A stretch of DNA of 64,000 nt, taken from positions 64,192-128,191 of the forward strand of contig CAYUPH010000003.1 of the NCBI GenBank assembly GCA_964446625.1, read 5' to 3'. Positions within the stretch are counted from its first letter, which is position 1. Each line of letters starts with the position of its first letter. This document shows positions 28,629 through 37,267 of this stretch, piece by piece. Both the position numbers and the translations under genes were made by a program. The stretch is from an uncultured Candidatus Saccharibacteria bacterium (GTDB lineage Bacteria; Patescibacteriota; Minisyncoccia; Phycocordibacterales; CAIRYW01). The notes beneath the pieces were generated by a model. It saw only the letters and a list, made by a program, of their open reading frames with translations, did no database searches and was not told the DNA's origin.

Positions 28629-29675
28629 CTATACAACTTCTTCAACAAGGTCATTTTGACCAATAATCGGACCAAAAATATCTTTATTTAATGTTTCAAA
28701 ATTATATTTCCTTCCATCTTCTGGTACCACAATTTTAATATTTTTATTTTTTGCTTCGTTTTCCATTTTCTCAAAAATTACCGATTTGCTTCCATGTGCA
28801 AATATGTATATTTTTAATGTTGGATTTGATGCGGCCACCCGAGTGGTCATATCCCTAATATGTTCATCGGCTAATGAAGATCCAATAACAAACAATACAC
28901 TATTTTCTTTTTCTAATTCATTTGAATATATCCTCAATAAGTCATAATAGTACTGTTGAAGAAGTGTGGTTTCATATTTAGCCTTCGTCGGATTCACGAT
29001 AACAAGCTTCTTATAGTATTTATCGAATTCATCACCATCTATCTTGTCAGCAACATCTCTAACATTCTGTAGATTCTTGTCTAATGAGATTACAGCCTCA
29101 TTTCCTATCTCATCAAACTTCCAAGTTAATGATCCGTGAATTTTAAGTATATTAAATACGGGTATTTCAGATGTGTTTTCATAATGAAGACTTTTCATAA
29201 AATATGATTTTTTAAAATTACCTAGATTGAATGTTGGATTAAATCTACCATTGAATCCATCATTGAATTCTATCCCTGTCCCTTCCAACGCCTTTTCAGA
29301 AAAAATATCTATATTTGTCGTAAATATATTTACTTGTTTAGTTAGAATAGAATTTTCTCTTTTTAGAACCAAATTATTTAATATTTTGTAAAAATTCGTA
29401 TAATTAGACATAACATAGTCTTTGTCTACTTCTAAAACATCATCCAATACCTTAATATTTCCTAACATAACTTTATTAAAATACTCTTTTTTCTTACTCA
29501 AGATTTCTTCACTTGTTTTAGATGTATCAGATAAAAAGAGCTCGATATCATTAAGAGTATCAAGAAAAGGCTTTGAAAGACCCGCACCTATCAAAAAGTT
29601 AATATTTGCACTGTCAATTGTTTTCTTTATATCTCTGAGAAGCGGTGTGTAATTAGACATATGTTGATTATGCAA
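28629..29675 (-). CDS. SIR2-family (DUF4020/SIR2_2-like) NAD+-utilising protein
   Basis: 348 aa; NINFLIGAGLSKPF Rossmann/NAD motif, TTNIDIF (Asn), KIHGSLTW (catalytic His), VLFVIGSSL C-terminal motif. Confidence 0.8.
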   Translation of the reverse strand: MHNQHMSNYTPLLRDIKKTIDSANINFLIGAGLSKPFLDTLNDIELFLSDTSKTSEEILSKKKEYFNKVMLGNIKVLDDVLEVDKDYVMSNYTNFYKILNNLVLKRENSILTKQVNIFTTNIDIFSEKALEGTGIEFNDGFNGRFNPTFNLGNFKKSYFMKSLHYENTSEIPVFNILKIHGSLTWKFDEIGNEAVISLDKNLQNVRDVADKIDGDEFDKYYKKLVIVNPTKAKYETTLLQQYYYDLLRIYSNELEKENSVLFVIGSSLADEHIRDMTTRVAASNPTLKIYIFAHGSKSVIFEKMENEAKNKNIKIVVPEDGRKYNFETLNKDIFGPIIGQNDLVEEVV

Positions 29676-29832
29676 TATTTTAAGTTTTTTTCAATCTTAC
29701 CGTATTTACTGGCTTGCCAGTCCAAACTACTTTTATGCATAGTACGATTTTATTCAAAAGCATATTATTATATATGTACAATTGAATAAGTAAGTAGCCT
29801 AAACTAAAAATCATAAAACTTTTTGCATGGTG

Positions 29833-29863
29833 AAAATTAAGTCTTGAAGAGACTTAATTTTTT
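29833..29863. terminator. AT-rich 10-bp hairpin between tRNA region and SIR2 promoter region
   Basis: aattaagtct-tgaag-agacttaatt followed by TTTTT. Confidence 0.35.
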
Positions 29864-29990
29864 AGTTAAAACTTATAAAAACTAGATAATTCCAGACCCC
29901 TAGCGGAATTTCTCCCTCGACTCAAGACTCGTCAGCCACTCGTCTTGGTCTGGGCACCAGCTCACTTGTTTTTACTGCTGTAAAAACATA

Positions 29991-30046
29991 GTTCCGCTGT
30001 TCGAATCCGCACGCAAGCAAAGTAGTTTGCTTGCTTAGGGTCCACC
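29991..30046 (+). other. tRNA-Ala 3'-half-like fragment in inverted orientation (T-arm-like + acceptor 3' strand)
   Basis: ccgctgTTCGAATCCgc ... ttagggtccacc mirrors AGCGGTTCGAATCCGCTAGGGTCCACC of adjacent tRNA-Ala but with 24-nt hairpin insert; cannot fold as tRNA. Confidence 0.4.
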
Positions 30047-30049
30047 GGA

Positions 30050-30076
30050 AAAACAAAAGCCGCCTTGTGGCGGACT
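30050..30076 (-). terminator. Rho-independent terminator after tRNA-Ala
   Basis: minus strand GTCCGCC-ACAA-GGCGGC followed by TTTTGTTTTT. Confidence 0.6.
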
Positions 30077-30091
30077 TAAGTTTTTCTACGG

Positions 30092-30164
30092 TGGACCCTA
30101 GCGGATTCGAACCGCTGACCTCCTCAGTGCAAATGAGGCGCTCTACCAACTAAGCTAAGGGCCC
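30092..30164 (-). tRNA. tRNA-Ala (anticodon UGC)
   Basis: GGGCCCTTAGCTTAGTTGGTAGAGCGCCTCATTTGCACTGAGGAGGTCAGCGGTTCGAATCCGCTAGGGTCCA; cloverleaf folds, G3:U70 Ala identity pair, GTTCGAATC T-loop, CC encoded. Confidence 0.9.
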
Positions 30165-30200
30165 TTGTATCCAATTGTAACATAACAGAGTCCTTAGTTT

Positions 30201-30258
30201 CCTTCATTTGCACAAATGAGTCGGCTAAAATCTTCTTTGCCAACTAAGCTAAGGGCCC
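30201..30258 (-). pseudogene. degenerate partial copy of tRNA-Ala 5' half
   Basis: 19-nt exact duplicate GGGCCCTTAGCTTAGTTGG (acceptor + D-arm) plus CTCATTTGtGCA anticodon-loop-like piece, remainder diverged. Confidence 0.5.
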
Positions 30259-30412
30259 GTTTTAATACAATTAAGATTCTATATGATTCCTCCTTTTTTC
30301 GCAAGAATCGGGGTTTTGCCCTCAGAGCCTTCCCTACTTATACACACTCGAGCCTTTGAATAGAGGGGTGCCTTGATATAATTAGTCTATTATTGGGTAA
30401 TAAATTATAAAC

Positions 30413-30781
30413 ATGAAGAAATTTTTACTTTTGACTCTCCTACCTTCTATGGCATTCGCCCAGGATATGGCCGGAGAACCTGCTTCAGCGGGGCCAGTGA
30501 CTTTTGCTGGTAGTTATACACTTTGGATTGCAATTATTATTGGATTCATTGCCGCGTTTGTGACATTTAGATACGCAATGCAAATGAAAGGATCGGCTGT
30601 CGGCGGTGTCCTTTCTCTTTTTGGATGGGGAATGTTTACTGTCGTTCTTGGATTTCTTTCAGTAGCTGTGGCGTGGGCGTCAGCACCAACACAAAAGATT
30701 GTTCACGATCTTTTGTTTATTGTTGGTTACCTTATGCTTCTTGCAGGAGCAGGACGAGTGCGAAAGTTTAGCGCTCAGTAG
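30413..30781 (+). CDS. small membrane protein with signal peptide and 3 TM helices
   Basis: MKKFLLLTLLPSMAFAQD signal-like N-terminus, hydrophobic helices. Confidence 0.55.
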   Translation: MKKFLLLTLLPSMAFAQDMAGEPASAGPVTFAGSYTLWIAIIIGFIAAFVTFRYAMQMKGSAVGGVLSLFGWGMFTVVLGFLSVAVAWASAPTQKIVHDLLFIVGYLMLLAGAGRVRKFSAQ

Positions 30782-30795
30782 TTTTTCTAAACCTT

Positions 30796-30829
30796 AGCCC
30801 CGCCTCTTCTTTTGAGGCGGGGCTTTTGA
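30796..30829 (+). terminator. Rho-independent terminator
   Basis: agccccgcctc-ttcttttga-gaggcggggct then TTTTG. Confidence 0.7.
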
Positions 30830-30848
30830 TATACTTTACTAAACTTCT

Positions 30849-32720
30849 ATGAGTTTTTTTAAATTCTTTTCTTCGGCTAATCACCAAAAGAGACAACTTC
30901 AAACAAATGAAATTGATTCGCTCTTTTCGTATTTAAAAAGACTAATAAACAGAGAGGATCTTGCACAAGGAATTATTGAGCAATACCAAAAAGTAAAATT
31001 CCTCGACAAATCAGCGCAGCCACTCGCCTATACAAAAGCATATATTCTCTTTGAGGACTTCATTACTTCACACAAACCACTCGTCGTTAAACGAGAATTT
31101 ACAAAAGATTCGCTCCGAGCCGATATTGCTGGCTCGCAGGATGTAAATCTGCTCCCTATAGAGCTTGCGCTTCTCTTTTTTGAAGAAAAGAAAAAGCTTT
31201 CTACTTTTTTTAGAGAAAACCTTCGGCCTCTTGAGAGGTATTTGATTAACACTTTTGGTACAGAGCGCCTCAAAGTGCTGACAGACAAAATCAACTCAAT
31301 TGTGAGTATTAATCTCAAAGTGTCCGAAGGCGGACTCGACTTCTTTGAGCTTGAAAATTCGATCAAAAATGATCCGACAGTCACAACAGGAAGCATTGTG
31401 ACCGATTTTAAAACAATTTATAACGCTTTTTATTTTGAAATCCGCGAATATCTGGGAGAAACGGTAGCACTAAACCTTTATAGTGGCGTGTACGCATCGA
31501 TTAAAGACACTTACGGCTTTGACCTTCTGTCACGATTTCTTGAACTTATGCCTCTCGAAATTCAGGAGAAAGAGAAAATTTCACTCCTTTCGCGAAAACA
31601 ATTGGAGGAAGCGGTATACAAGAGAACAGAAGAGCTTGCGTCCGAGAAGGGTCGCGTCGAGGAAAAGGTAAAAGAAAGAACATTTGAGCTAACTCTCGAA
31701 AAAGAAAAGCTCGATATTGTAACAGAAAACATGCTGGAAGGTTCAATACTTCTAAACGAAAGTTTTGATGTTATTTTCACAAACGAAAAAGCACGAAAGA
31801 TTCTTGCTTTTACAAAAGAAACGAGCGAAAAGGCTCTCCTGTATTTTCAGCAAGCCACAAAAGTAGATGCAGTAGAGAAACTCAAGTCAGAAAATGAAAA
31901 AGAAAAGATTACTGAAGTAAACATTGCCGACAAAATCTACGAAATTACTTTTGGTACGATAAAAAATGGAAACAGAATAAAAAACTACCTTGTGTGGCTT
32001 CGAGACATTACACAGTTCAAACTCCTCGAAGTAGCAAAAAGCGAATTTGTGTCTGTGGCAGCGCACCAACTCCGTACTCCCCTTTCTGGAAACAAATGGA
32101 TTCTCCACATGCTTGCAAAAGGAGAAATAGGAACGCTTACAGTTGAGCAAAAAAGCTTTATTATGAAAGCGTACGAAAGTAACGAGCGTATGATTACTCT
32201 AGTAAACGACCTTCTAAACGCTGAGCGGATTGATTCAAACGAAACTGAATACAAAATGGTTCCCGTACAGATTTTTGACCTTATTGAAAACATTCTCCTT
32301 GAACTTAAGCCGAAAATCGAAAAAGGAAACCTCAAGATCATAAAAGAAAAAGGTGGTGTTCCTCCTGTCTCAGCAGACGGAGAGAAAATGCGACTTGTTT
32401 TCCAGAATTTGCTTGAAAACGCAGTCAAATATACAATGAGTGGAGGTGCTATCTCCATTTCAGGCGAGGCTGAGGACGGCTTTGTAAAAGTGCGAATTGC
32501 TGACACAGGTATTGGTATACCAGTAGAGCAACAAGGCAACATTTTCAAGCGTTTCTACCGAGCAACAAATGCAGTAAAAATTCAAACAGATGGTTCTGGT
32601 CTCGGGCTCTTTCTCGTAAAAACAGTAGTAGAAAGACACGGCGGAGCTGTGTGGTTTGAAAGTACAGAAGGCAAAGGCACTGTTTTCTTTGTTAAGTTAC
32701 CAATTTTACAAAAAAAGTAA
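30849..32720 (+). CDS. sensor histidine kinase (PAS + HisKA + HATPase_c), cytoplasmic
   Basis: H-box AAHQLRTPLS, PAS-like LEGSILLNESFDVIFTNEKARKIL, G1/G2 boxes (DTGIGIP, GSGLGL). Confidence 0.85.
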   Translation: MSFFKFFSSANHQKRQLQTNEIDSLFSYLKRLINREDLAQGIIEQYQKVKFLDKSAQPLAYTKAYILFEDFITSHKPLVVKREFTKDSLRADIAGSQDVNLLPIELALLFFEEKKKLSTFFRENLRPLERYLINTFGTERLKVLTDKINSIVSINLKVSEGGLDFFELENSIKNDPTVTTGSIVTDFKTIYNAFYFEIREYLGETVALNLYSGVYASIKDTYGFDLLSRFLELMPLEIQEKEKISLLSRKQLEEAVYKRTEELASEKGRVEEKVKERTFELTLEKEKLDIVTENMLEGSILLNESFDVIFTNEKARKILAFTKETSEKALLYFQQATKVDAVEKLKSENEKEKITEVNIADKIYEITFGTIKNGNRIKNYLVWLRDITQFKLLEVAKSEFVSVAAHQLRTPLSGNKWILHMLAKGEIGTLTVEQKSFIMKAYESNERMITLVNDLLNAERIDSNETEYKMVPVQIFDLIENILLELKPKIEKGNLKIIKEKGGVPPVSADGEKMRLVFQNLLENAVKYTMSGGAISISGEAEDGFVKVRIADTGIGIPVEQQGNIFKRFYRATNAVKIQTDGSGLGLFLVKTVVERHGGAVWFESTEGKGTVFFVKLPILQKK

Positions 32721-32721
32721 T

Positions 32722-33513
32722 ATGAAAAAAATTCTCATAGTTGAAGATGATAACGCTCTCGGAACAGCTCTCGTCACAAAGCTTTCAAAAAGCGAATATG
32801 ATGTAAAGCTTGTTGAAGACGGTCTCGAAGTAATTTCTACTGCACGAGGTTTTAAACCAGACCTCATTCTTCTTGATATTATTTTGCCACACAAAAATGG
32901 CTACGAAATTTTGGACGAAATGACAAAGGACGCTGAGCTAAATACAATTCCAGTTATCGTTATCTCAAATTCTGGACAACCAGTTGAAATTAGCCGAATT
33001 CTTGCTCTTGGTGTAAAAGACTACATTGTAAAAGCACAGTTTAATCCCGAAGAGCTCCTCGAAAAGGTACGAACACAGCTTGAGGAGGAAGTTCAAACAG
33101 AAATAAACACTGAGGGTCAAAACAGCTTCTCACCTTCCCTTTCTGGAAAGAGCGTTCTTTGGGTTGAGGACGACGAATTCCTAGGTGATATTGTTGAGAA
33201 GAAACTTTCAGGAGTGGACTGCAAACTGACACACGTTAAAAATGGAGAGGACGCTCTAAAATTCCTTGAGGCAAACAAAGCAGATATTGTCGTCCTTGAT
33301 GTTATCCTTCCTATGCTCGACGGGTACGAAATCCTAAAGCGAATCAAAGAGAATCCAAACACAGCCAGTGTTCCTGTAATCCTCCTTTCAAACCTAGGGC
33401 AACCTGAAGATATTGAAAAAGGAAAAAAGCTTGGAGCTGAGCTCTTTCTCATAAAAGCAACATTTACTCTCGACGAAGTTTTGCTTCAGATAGCAAAAAT
33501 CCTCGCGAAGTAA
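32722..33513 (+). CDS. response regulator with two tandem receiver (REC) domains, no output domain
   Basis: Two copies of ...VEDD...LLD(I/V)ILP...GYE(I)L... with conserved Asp; start taken at MKKILIVEDD. Confidence 0.8.
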   Translation: MKKILIVEDDNALGTALVTKLSKSEYDVKLVEDGLEVISTARGFKPDLILLDIILPHKNGYEILDEMTKDAELNTIPVIVISNSGQPVEISRILALGVKDYIVKAQFNPEELLEKVRTQLEEEVQTEINTEGQNSFSPSLSGKSVLWVEDDEFLGDIVEKKLSGVDCKLTHVKNGEDALKFLEANKADIVVLDVILPMLDGYEILKRIKENPNTASVPVILLSNLGQPEDIEKGKKLGAELFLIKATFTLDEVLLQIAKILAK

Positions 33514-33516
33514 GTT

Positions 33517-34296
33517 TTAAATCTTAGCACCCTTTTCTTTAAGTGTTTGGGGGTTTTCCGGAAAGGTAGCAAACGAGATATCTACATCAAAACCAGTAAG
33601 ATTACGCTGCTCTTTTGCTAATCGATTGAAAGCAATTATTGACCTATAGACATATCCCACACACCTATTTAGCATTTTCTCACTTAACTCATCATTTTCA
33701 TAGGTTAGGTACCCTCCACTCATTCTTATTTTTCTCACACCAGTTTCCCATAAGAAACTTAGAAAGGTTAATATCTTTCTTGAGTCTTTATCTACTTTCT
33801 CAAGAAACATAAAATCTGTAATTCTTTGACTATGCGGAATAGCCCAGTCGATATCAGTAGGAAAAGAAAACATATCCGGCGATTCTTCATTTGATTCTGA
33901 TACCTCAGACCCATTTCCAATTAGCGATTCAATCTGGTTTTTAACAGATGAAATTAGCGGGTATTCTTCCATTACTAACACTGTTGATTTTAGTCTTTCA
34001 GGTACCCCTGATTGATCAAAAACTTTTTTTATATGGGTATTAAAAGAATCTTCTCTTGCTTTATGAATTTCCGGGGAGAGAGTTGTGTATGTAGAATGAA
34101 TATTTTTTCTTCTTTTTACTTCATCCTCGCCTTTTAGAAAAAAGGGATGGACAACCAAATCTAAAAATCCATTTGTGCGTACCATACTTTCCTGAAAAGA
34201 AGCTATATCTTTATTATCTGCTTCCCCTAGATTTCTTACTTCGAAGAAGTTTTCTCTTTTCTCAGGAGTTCTGATTCCTTCGCTCTCGGGATTCAT
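33517..34296 (-). CDS. hypothetical protein (259 aa)
   Basis: Intact ORF convergent with RR gene; no family recognised. Confidence 0.4.
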   Translation of the reverse strand: MNPESEGIRTPEKRENFFEVRNLGEADNKDIASFQESMVRTNGFLDLVVHPFFLKGEDEVKRRKNIHSTYTTLSPEIHKAREDSFNTHIKKVFDQSGVPERLKSTVLVMEEYPLISSVKNQIESLIGNGSEVSESNEESPDMFSFPTDIDWAIPHSQRITDFMFLEKVDKDSRKILTFLSFLWETGVRKIRMSGGYLTYENDELSEKMLNRCVGYVYRSIIAFNRLAKEQRNLTGFDVDISFATFPENPQTLKEKGAKI

Positions 34297-34297
34297 A

Positions 34298-35284
34298 CTA
34301 TTTCTTCTCTAAAGCAAGACCAATAAGGTGGTCGAGAAGACCGCTGTAACTTGATCCTACTGCAACCATTTCTTTTGGAAGAAGTGACGTAGGTGTGAGT
34401 CCTGGTAGAGTATTGATTTCAAGACAAAAGACTCCTCTCTTTGGGTGAACCATAAAATCCACGCGACTGTAGTGCCGTGCACCGAGCGCTTTGTGTACTT
34501 CAACTGCGAGCCTTTCTATTTCTTCTGTCTCTTGTTTTGTAAATCTTCCAGGACAAAGCTCGTGTGCACCTTTTACATCGCTATACTTCGCTTCGAAGTC
34601 AAAAAAGGCTTGGTGGTCTTGAGGCAAAATTTCGACCGGTATGAGGGGGTAAAATTCTTTGCCTCTAAAGTGTTCAAGAACGCCACAAGTTGCTTCCTTG
34701 CCCTTTATAAACTCTTCTATGAGCACTTTGTCACCATGTTTAAATGCTTCTTCAAGTGCAGACTGCATTTCAGGAAGAGTTCTAACGAGGGAGACACCAA
34801 CAGACGAACCAGCCATAGCAGGTTTTACAATAGACGGCTGTATAAAGGTGGTAAAGAGCTCTCGTGCAAGTTTAGAAACATCGGTGTCTTCTTTTTTTTC
34901 GATTTCTCTGCTGTGCGGAGTTGGTATGTTGTACTGAGTAAGAATTTTTTTTGTAAGAATTTTGTTCATGCCGAGCGCTGAAGCCAAAATCTTTGATCCA
35001 GTATATGGAATTCCGTGTGCTTCAAGAATCTTTTGGACAGTTCCATCTTCTCCATAGTTTCCGTGGAGTGCTATAAAACAAACATCAGCAATTCGGGCGA
35101 TTTTTTCTGGTTTTACAAAAACACCGCCCACATGCCACTGCCCTTCTTTGTCTATAAGAACATCAATCGCTTCATATTTATTTTGGTCAAGGTTTGCAAG
35201 AACACCAGCACCTGTTTTAAGGGACACTTCGTATTCGCTTGATGGACCACCTCGCAGAACTGCAACTCTGATTTTGTTTCGCAT
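34298..35284 (-). CDS. ddl: D-alanine--D-alanine ligase
   Basis: ATP-grasp; RVAVLRGGPSSEYEVSL N-terminus, ...LEINTLPGLT... C-terminus; start at MRNKIRV inside longer track ORF. Confidence 0.85.
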   Translation of the reverse strand: MRNKIRVAVLRGGPSSEYEVSLKTGAGVLANLDQNKYEAIDVLIDKEGQWHVGGVFVKPEKIARIADVCFIALHGNYGEDGTVQKILEAHGIPYTGSKILASALGMNKILTKKILTQYNIPTPHSREIEKKEDTDVSKLARELFTTFIQPSIVKPAMAGSSVGVSLVRTLPEMQSALEEAFKHGDKVLIEEFIKGKEATCGVLEHFRGKEFYPLIPVEILPQDHQAFFDFEAKYSDVKGAHELCPGRFTKQETEEIERLAVEVHKALGARHYSRVDFMVHPKRGVFCLEINTLPGLTPTSLLPKEMVAVGSSYSGLLDHLIGLALEKK

Positions 35285-35359
35285 AAAAACATTATAACTT
35301 AAAGTAAAGTAAATAAAAAAAGCTTCCGGGAAAGTATGTCTTCCAAGAAGCAAAACTTG

Positions 35360-35584
35360 CTAGCTCGCTCTTCCGCTTAGCTTGTCACACAGCCAATCAA
35401 GGATGGTAAAAAGTGTGATGGCTACAACGAAAAGAAATAGACGAGTCACTACAATCACATGCGCAGCAACCTGCACATGCCAAGGACTTTCTTGTTCTCT
35501 TCCCAAGTAGCCTAGGGTGGAGAATGCGGAGCCGTAAAATCGCTTAATGAGCTGCTCAATAATAGCGTCCTCGTTGGGTTTCAT
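35360..35584 (-). CDS. hypothetical small protein
   Basis: 74-aa ORF with one hydrophobic segment. Confidence 0.25.
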   Translation of the reverse strand: MKPNEDAIIEQLIKRFYGSAFSTLGYLGREQESPWHVQVAAHVIVVTRLFLFVVAITLFTILDWLCDKLSGRAS

Positions 35585-35663
35585 GCTTTTGCAAAATTAA
35601 CACATAAAACAGGATTTGTAAATAAAAAATATATAAAAAACCTAAGACAAAATTTGCTTAGGT

Positions 35664-35879
35664 TCAGACTCTAATATTTCTGAGCGACGGCAACCTTGCT
35701 GCTTTAGCAGCTTCGTGGACTGTGTCCTCGGTGGCGCCAGCCATCTCAATAAAACGAGCTGTTTTTTTGTCGTCTTCAGCAAGCTGATGGAGGAGCGGAA
35801 CTACAATTTGATCAACGTGAGTTACACCTCCACATGGTCGTGAAGGGCCAATGGTTTGAGAAAGAAAAGGACGCATCAA
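35664..35879 (-). CDS. hypothetical small protein
   Basis: 71-aa ORF, ...GGVTHVDQIVVPLLHQLAEDDKKTARFIEMAGA...; unknown family. Confidence 0.3.
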   Translation of the reverse strand: MMRPFLSQTIGPSRPCGGVTHVDQIVVPLLHQLAEDDKKTARFIEMAGATEDTVHEAAKAARLPSLRNIRV

Positions 35880-35884
35880 AAATA

Positions 35885-37135
35885 TTATACCAGAAAATTT
35901 TTTCCGCGCTTCTTTTGGTGGAACGCGAGAGCAAAACGGTGCGCCTCACTATTGGCAAGAATAATAGAATTTTTATGCTTCTTTCCTAGGTCAGTTTTAC
36001 CAAGTATTCCTTTTGCTTTATGTCTTTTATCTTTTACCACCGAAACAACTGGAATTCCAAGTCCTTTTTCGAGGAGTACACTGTACATTGCTTCAAGTTG
36101 AACTGAACCTCCGTCTACGACAATTAGGTCAGGAAGTCTCCACTCGTTATGTTCCAGTCTTCTTGTAAGCACTTCTTTTAGTGCAGCAGGGTCATTTTGG
36201 TTTTTAAGAGTTTTAATATTGAATTTTCGGTACTCACTTTTCTGTGCTTCGCCATTTAAAACAACTGTCATAACTCCGACAATATCCTTTCCTGCCATGT
36301 GCGCGATGTCGTAGCTTTCAATACGAAAACCCTTGTCACCAAAGTCTTGACTAGAAGAAGCAGGTTTTATGAGCGCAACATCGTTAATGTGCCTTAGTGC
36401 GAAAAGTCTGTCACGGTACATCTTGGCTTTTTCAAACTCTTGATTTTCTGCAGCCACTGCCATTTCTTTTTCAAAACTTTTTACAACAGAGCTAAAGTTT
36501 CCCGACAGAAACTCTTCGATATCTTTTATTCTTTTTGCATACTCTTTTTTTGAAATGGCACCCGCACAAACTCCAGGACAAAGACCAATTGTGTAGTTAA
36601 AACATGGAGAGGGTTTCTTCTTTGCTACTTCTTCTGGCAAAGGGCACTTTTCGTCTCTGTATGGCAAAATGCGGCGCATTATTTTTAGTGCTTCTCTTAG
36701 TTCTCCTCCGTTTGAAAACGGGCCAAACACTTTTTTGATTTTAAAGGGTAAACTTTCTGGATTATCTAGCTCTTTTTTTCGTATAACGCGAAGAACAGGA
36801 AAATCCTCTTTTGTGATAACTATACAATTAAAGCTTTTGTCGTCTTTTTCTTTTGTATTGAAGGCTGGCTTAAACTTTTTTATAAGGTCAGCCTCAAGAA
36901 GAAGCGCTTCGAGCACAGAGAGAGTCTCTCGAAACTCTATATTCTCTGCAGACTCCACCATCTTTGCAATAAGTGGGCTCCGCGCTGTTACTAAGTCAGG
37001 TGCAAAATAACTCCGAACCCTGCTCCGAAGGCTTGTTGCCTTTCCTATATACAGAATCTTCTTTCCTTTTCCAAGAAAAAAATACACTCCTGGAGTGTCC
37101 GGCAGTTTTGCAAGTTTTTTTTCTAGTTTAGACAT
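35885..37135 (-). CDS. uvrC: excinuclease ABC subunit C homologue, short form lacking C-terminal HhH domain
   Basis: GIY-YIG motif PGVYFFLGKGKKILYIGKATSLRSRV, UvrC RNaseH-like endonuclease region at C-terminus; 416 aa vs ~600. Confidence 0.75.
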   Translation of the reverse strand: MSKLEKKLAKLPDTPGVYFFLGKGKKILYIGKATSLRSRVRSYFAPDLVTARSPLIAKMVESAENIEFRETLSVLEALLLEADLIKKFKPAFNTKEKDDKSFNCIVITKEDFPVLRVIRKKELDNPESLPFKIKKVFGPFSNGGELREALKIMRRILPYRDEKCPLPEEVAKKKPSPCFNYTIGLCPGVCAGAISKKEYAKRIKDIEEFLSGNFSSVVKSFEKEMAVAAENQEFEKAKMYRDRLFALRHINDVALIKPASSSQDFGDKGFRIESYDIAHMAGKDIVGVMTVVLNGEAQKSEYRKFNIKTLKNQNDPAALKEVLTRRLEHNEWRLPDLIVVDGGSVQLEAMYSVLLEKGLGIPVVSVVKDKRHKAKGILGKTDLGKKHKNSIILANSEAHRFALAFHQKKRGKNFLV

Positions 37136-37267
37136 AGGATATAATTATATATAGGATGAAGACATTAGTTTTGATTTACCCCTTAGCCTCCGTATGGATA
37201 CGCGTTAAAGGGGTGCCGATTGTTTTCAGAATATTGGTGCTACTAAGCTAGTTACAACCTAGCTTTT

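Noticed and set aside
29922-30149. 75-aa minus-strand ORF (TTG start) spanning the tRNA region
   Set aside because: It is simply the read-through translation of tRNA-Ala, its terminator and the tRNA-like fragment; not a gene.
26266-30260. Calling the island an intact integrative mobile element/prophage
   Set aside because: No integrase, recombinase, transposase or phage structural genes present; only att-like scars, so only a decayed/ancient insertion can be argued.
37136-37267. Hairpin aagctag-ttacaac-ctagctt + T-run as terminator between uvrA and uvrC
   Set aside because: T-run follows only on the plus strand whereas both flanking genes are on the minus strand; likely incidental or a weak antisense-oriented structure.
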